DNA from: an uncultured Chloroflexia bacterium
Lineage (GTDB): Bacteria > Chloroflexota > Limnocylindria > Limnocylindrales > CSP1-4
Assembly (NCBI GenBank): GCA_963727005.1
Contig: CAVSEO010000003.1
Span: forward strand, 96,912 to 160,911
Length of the DNA stretch: 64,000 nucleotides
Direction of reading: 5' to 3'
Within the stretch, counting starts at the first letter, position 1, and each line of letters begins with the position of its first letter. Shown here one piece after another: positions 63,745-64,000 of this stretch. A program made the position numbers and the translations under genes. Below the pieces are notes generated by a model. That model was given only the letters and a program-made list of their open reading frames with translations. It was not told the origin of the DNA and ran no database searches.

Positions 63745-64000
63745 CTACCCGCGGGCCAACCGATCCAGGGCCGCCGAAAGCTCGGCCGAATCCGCGGCCA
63801 CCTCCGTCGGGCGTTCCGCGGCCGGAAGCGCGGCGACCTGCCCGGCCGTCGTGATGCCCGTCAGCACGAGCACCGAGCGCGCGCCCGCTGCCCGGGCCGC
63901 CGGAATGTCGGTGATCAGACTGTCGCCGATCATCACGGCTTCGGTCACGGGACGCCCAACGGCGTGCGCCGCGACCTCCAGCAGGAGAGGCGCCGGCTTG
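63745..64000 (-). CDS. HAD-IIA (NagD-like) hydrolase, C-terminal part
   Basis: KPAP, MIGDSLITDI, SVLVLTGIT. Confidence 0.9.
   Translation of the reverse strand, partial: KPAPLLLEVAAHAVGRPVTEAVMIGDSLITDIPAARAAGARSVLVLTGITTAGQVAALPAAERPTEVAADSAELSAALDRLARG

Noticed and set aside
1-64000. Frameshifts in roughly half the genes as programmed frameshifting or mass pseudogenisation
   Set aside because: They hit core genes (nrdJ, DEAD helicase, csp) at scattered GC-rich positions while motifs stay intact, which is typical of uncorrected long-read indels.

Overview
High-GC bacterial chromosomal window, probably from an unpolished long-read assembly: about half of the genes are split by single-base indels, so the ORF track over-fragments real genes and reports many antisense shadow ORFs. 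Gene content and regulatory grammar (GAAC-N4-GTTC SOS box, NrdR boxes, B12-dependent NrdJ, F420-type LLM enzyme, ECF42-YciI pair, many apparently leaderless genes) fit Chloroflexota/Actinomycetota-like soil or sediment bacteria; Ca. Limnocylindria is my guess and is unverified. About 70 genes: PFK, folE plus a RibD-C reductase, msrA, msrB, mscL, several efflux systems with TetR/MarR regulators, Eis- and AlkZ-like proteins, four VOC proteins, a csp-GT4-DEAD helicase cluster, GH43 xylosidase, ECF42 and nrdJ. I saw no rRNA, tRNA, CRISPR array, transposase, integrase or phage gene. The most interesting signals are non-coding: the ~930 bp upstream of nrdJ holds a long repeat-bearing leader, a sigma70 promoter, tandem NrdR boxes, an 11-bp-phased DnaA-box-like array, a LexA-box promoter and an unannotated 189-nt fold-back element. 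Also notable: a GIY-YIG-like ORF absent from the ORF track, a MarR/beta-repeat fusion, a predicted ECF42 mini-regulon and a structured csp leader. Coordinates of frameshifted genes are approximate; all calls come from reading the sequence, no database was searched.
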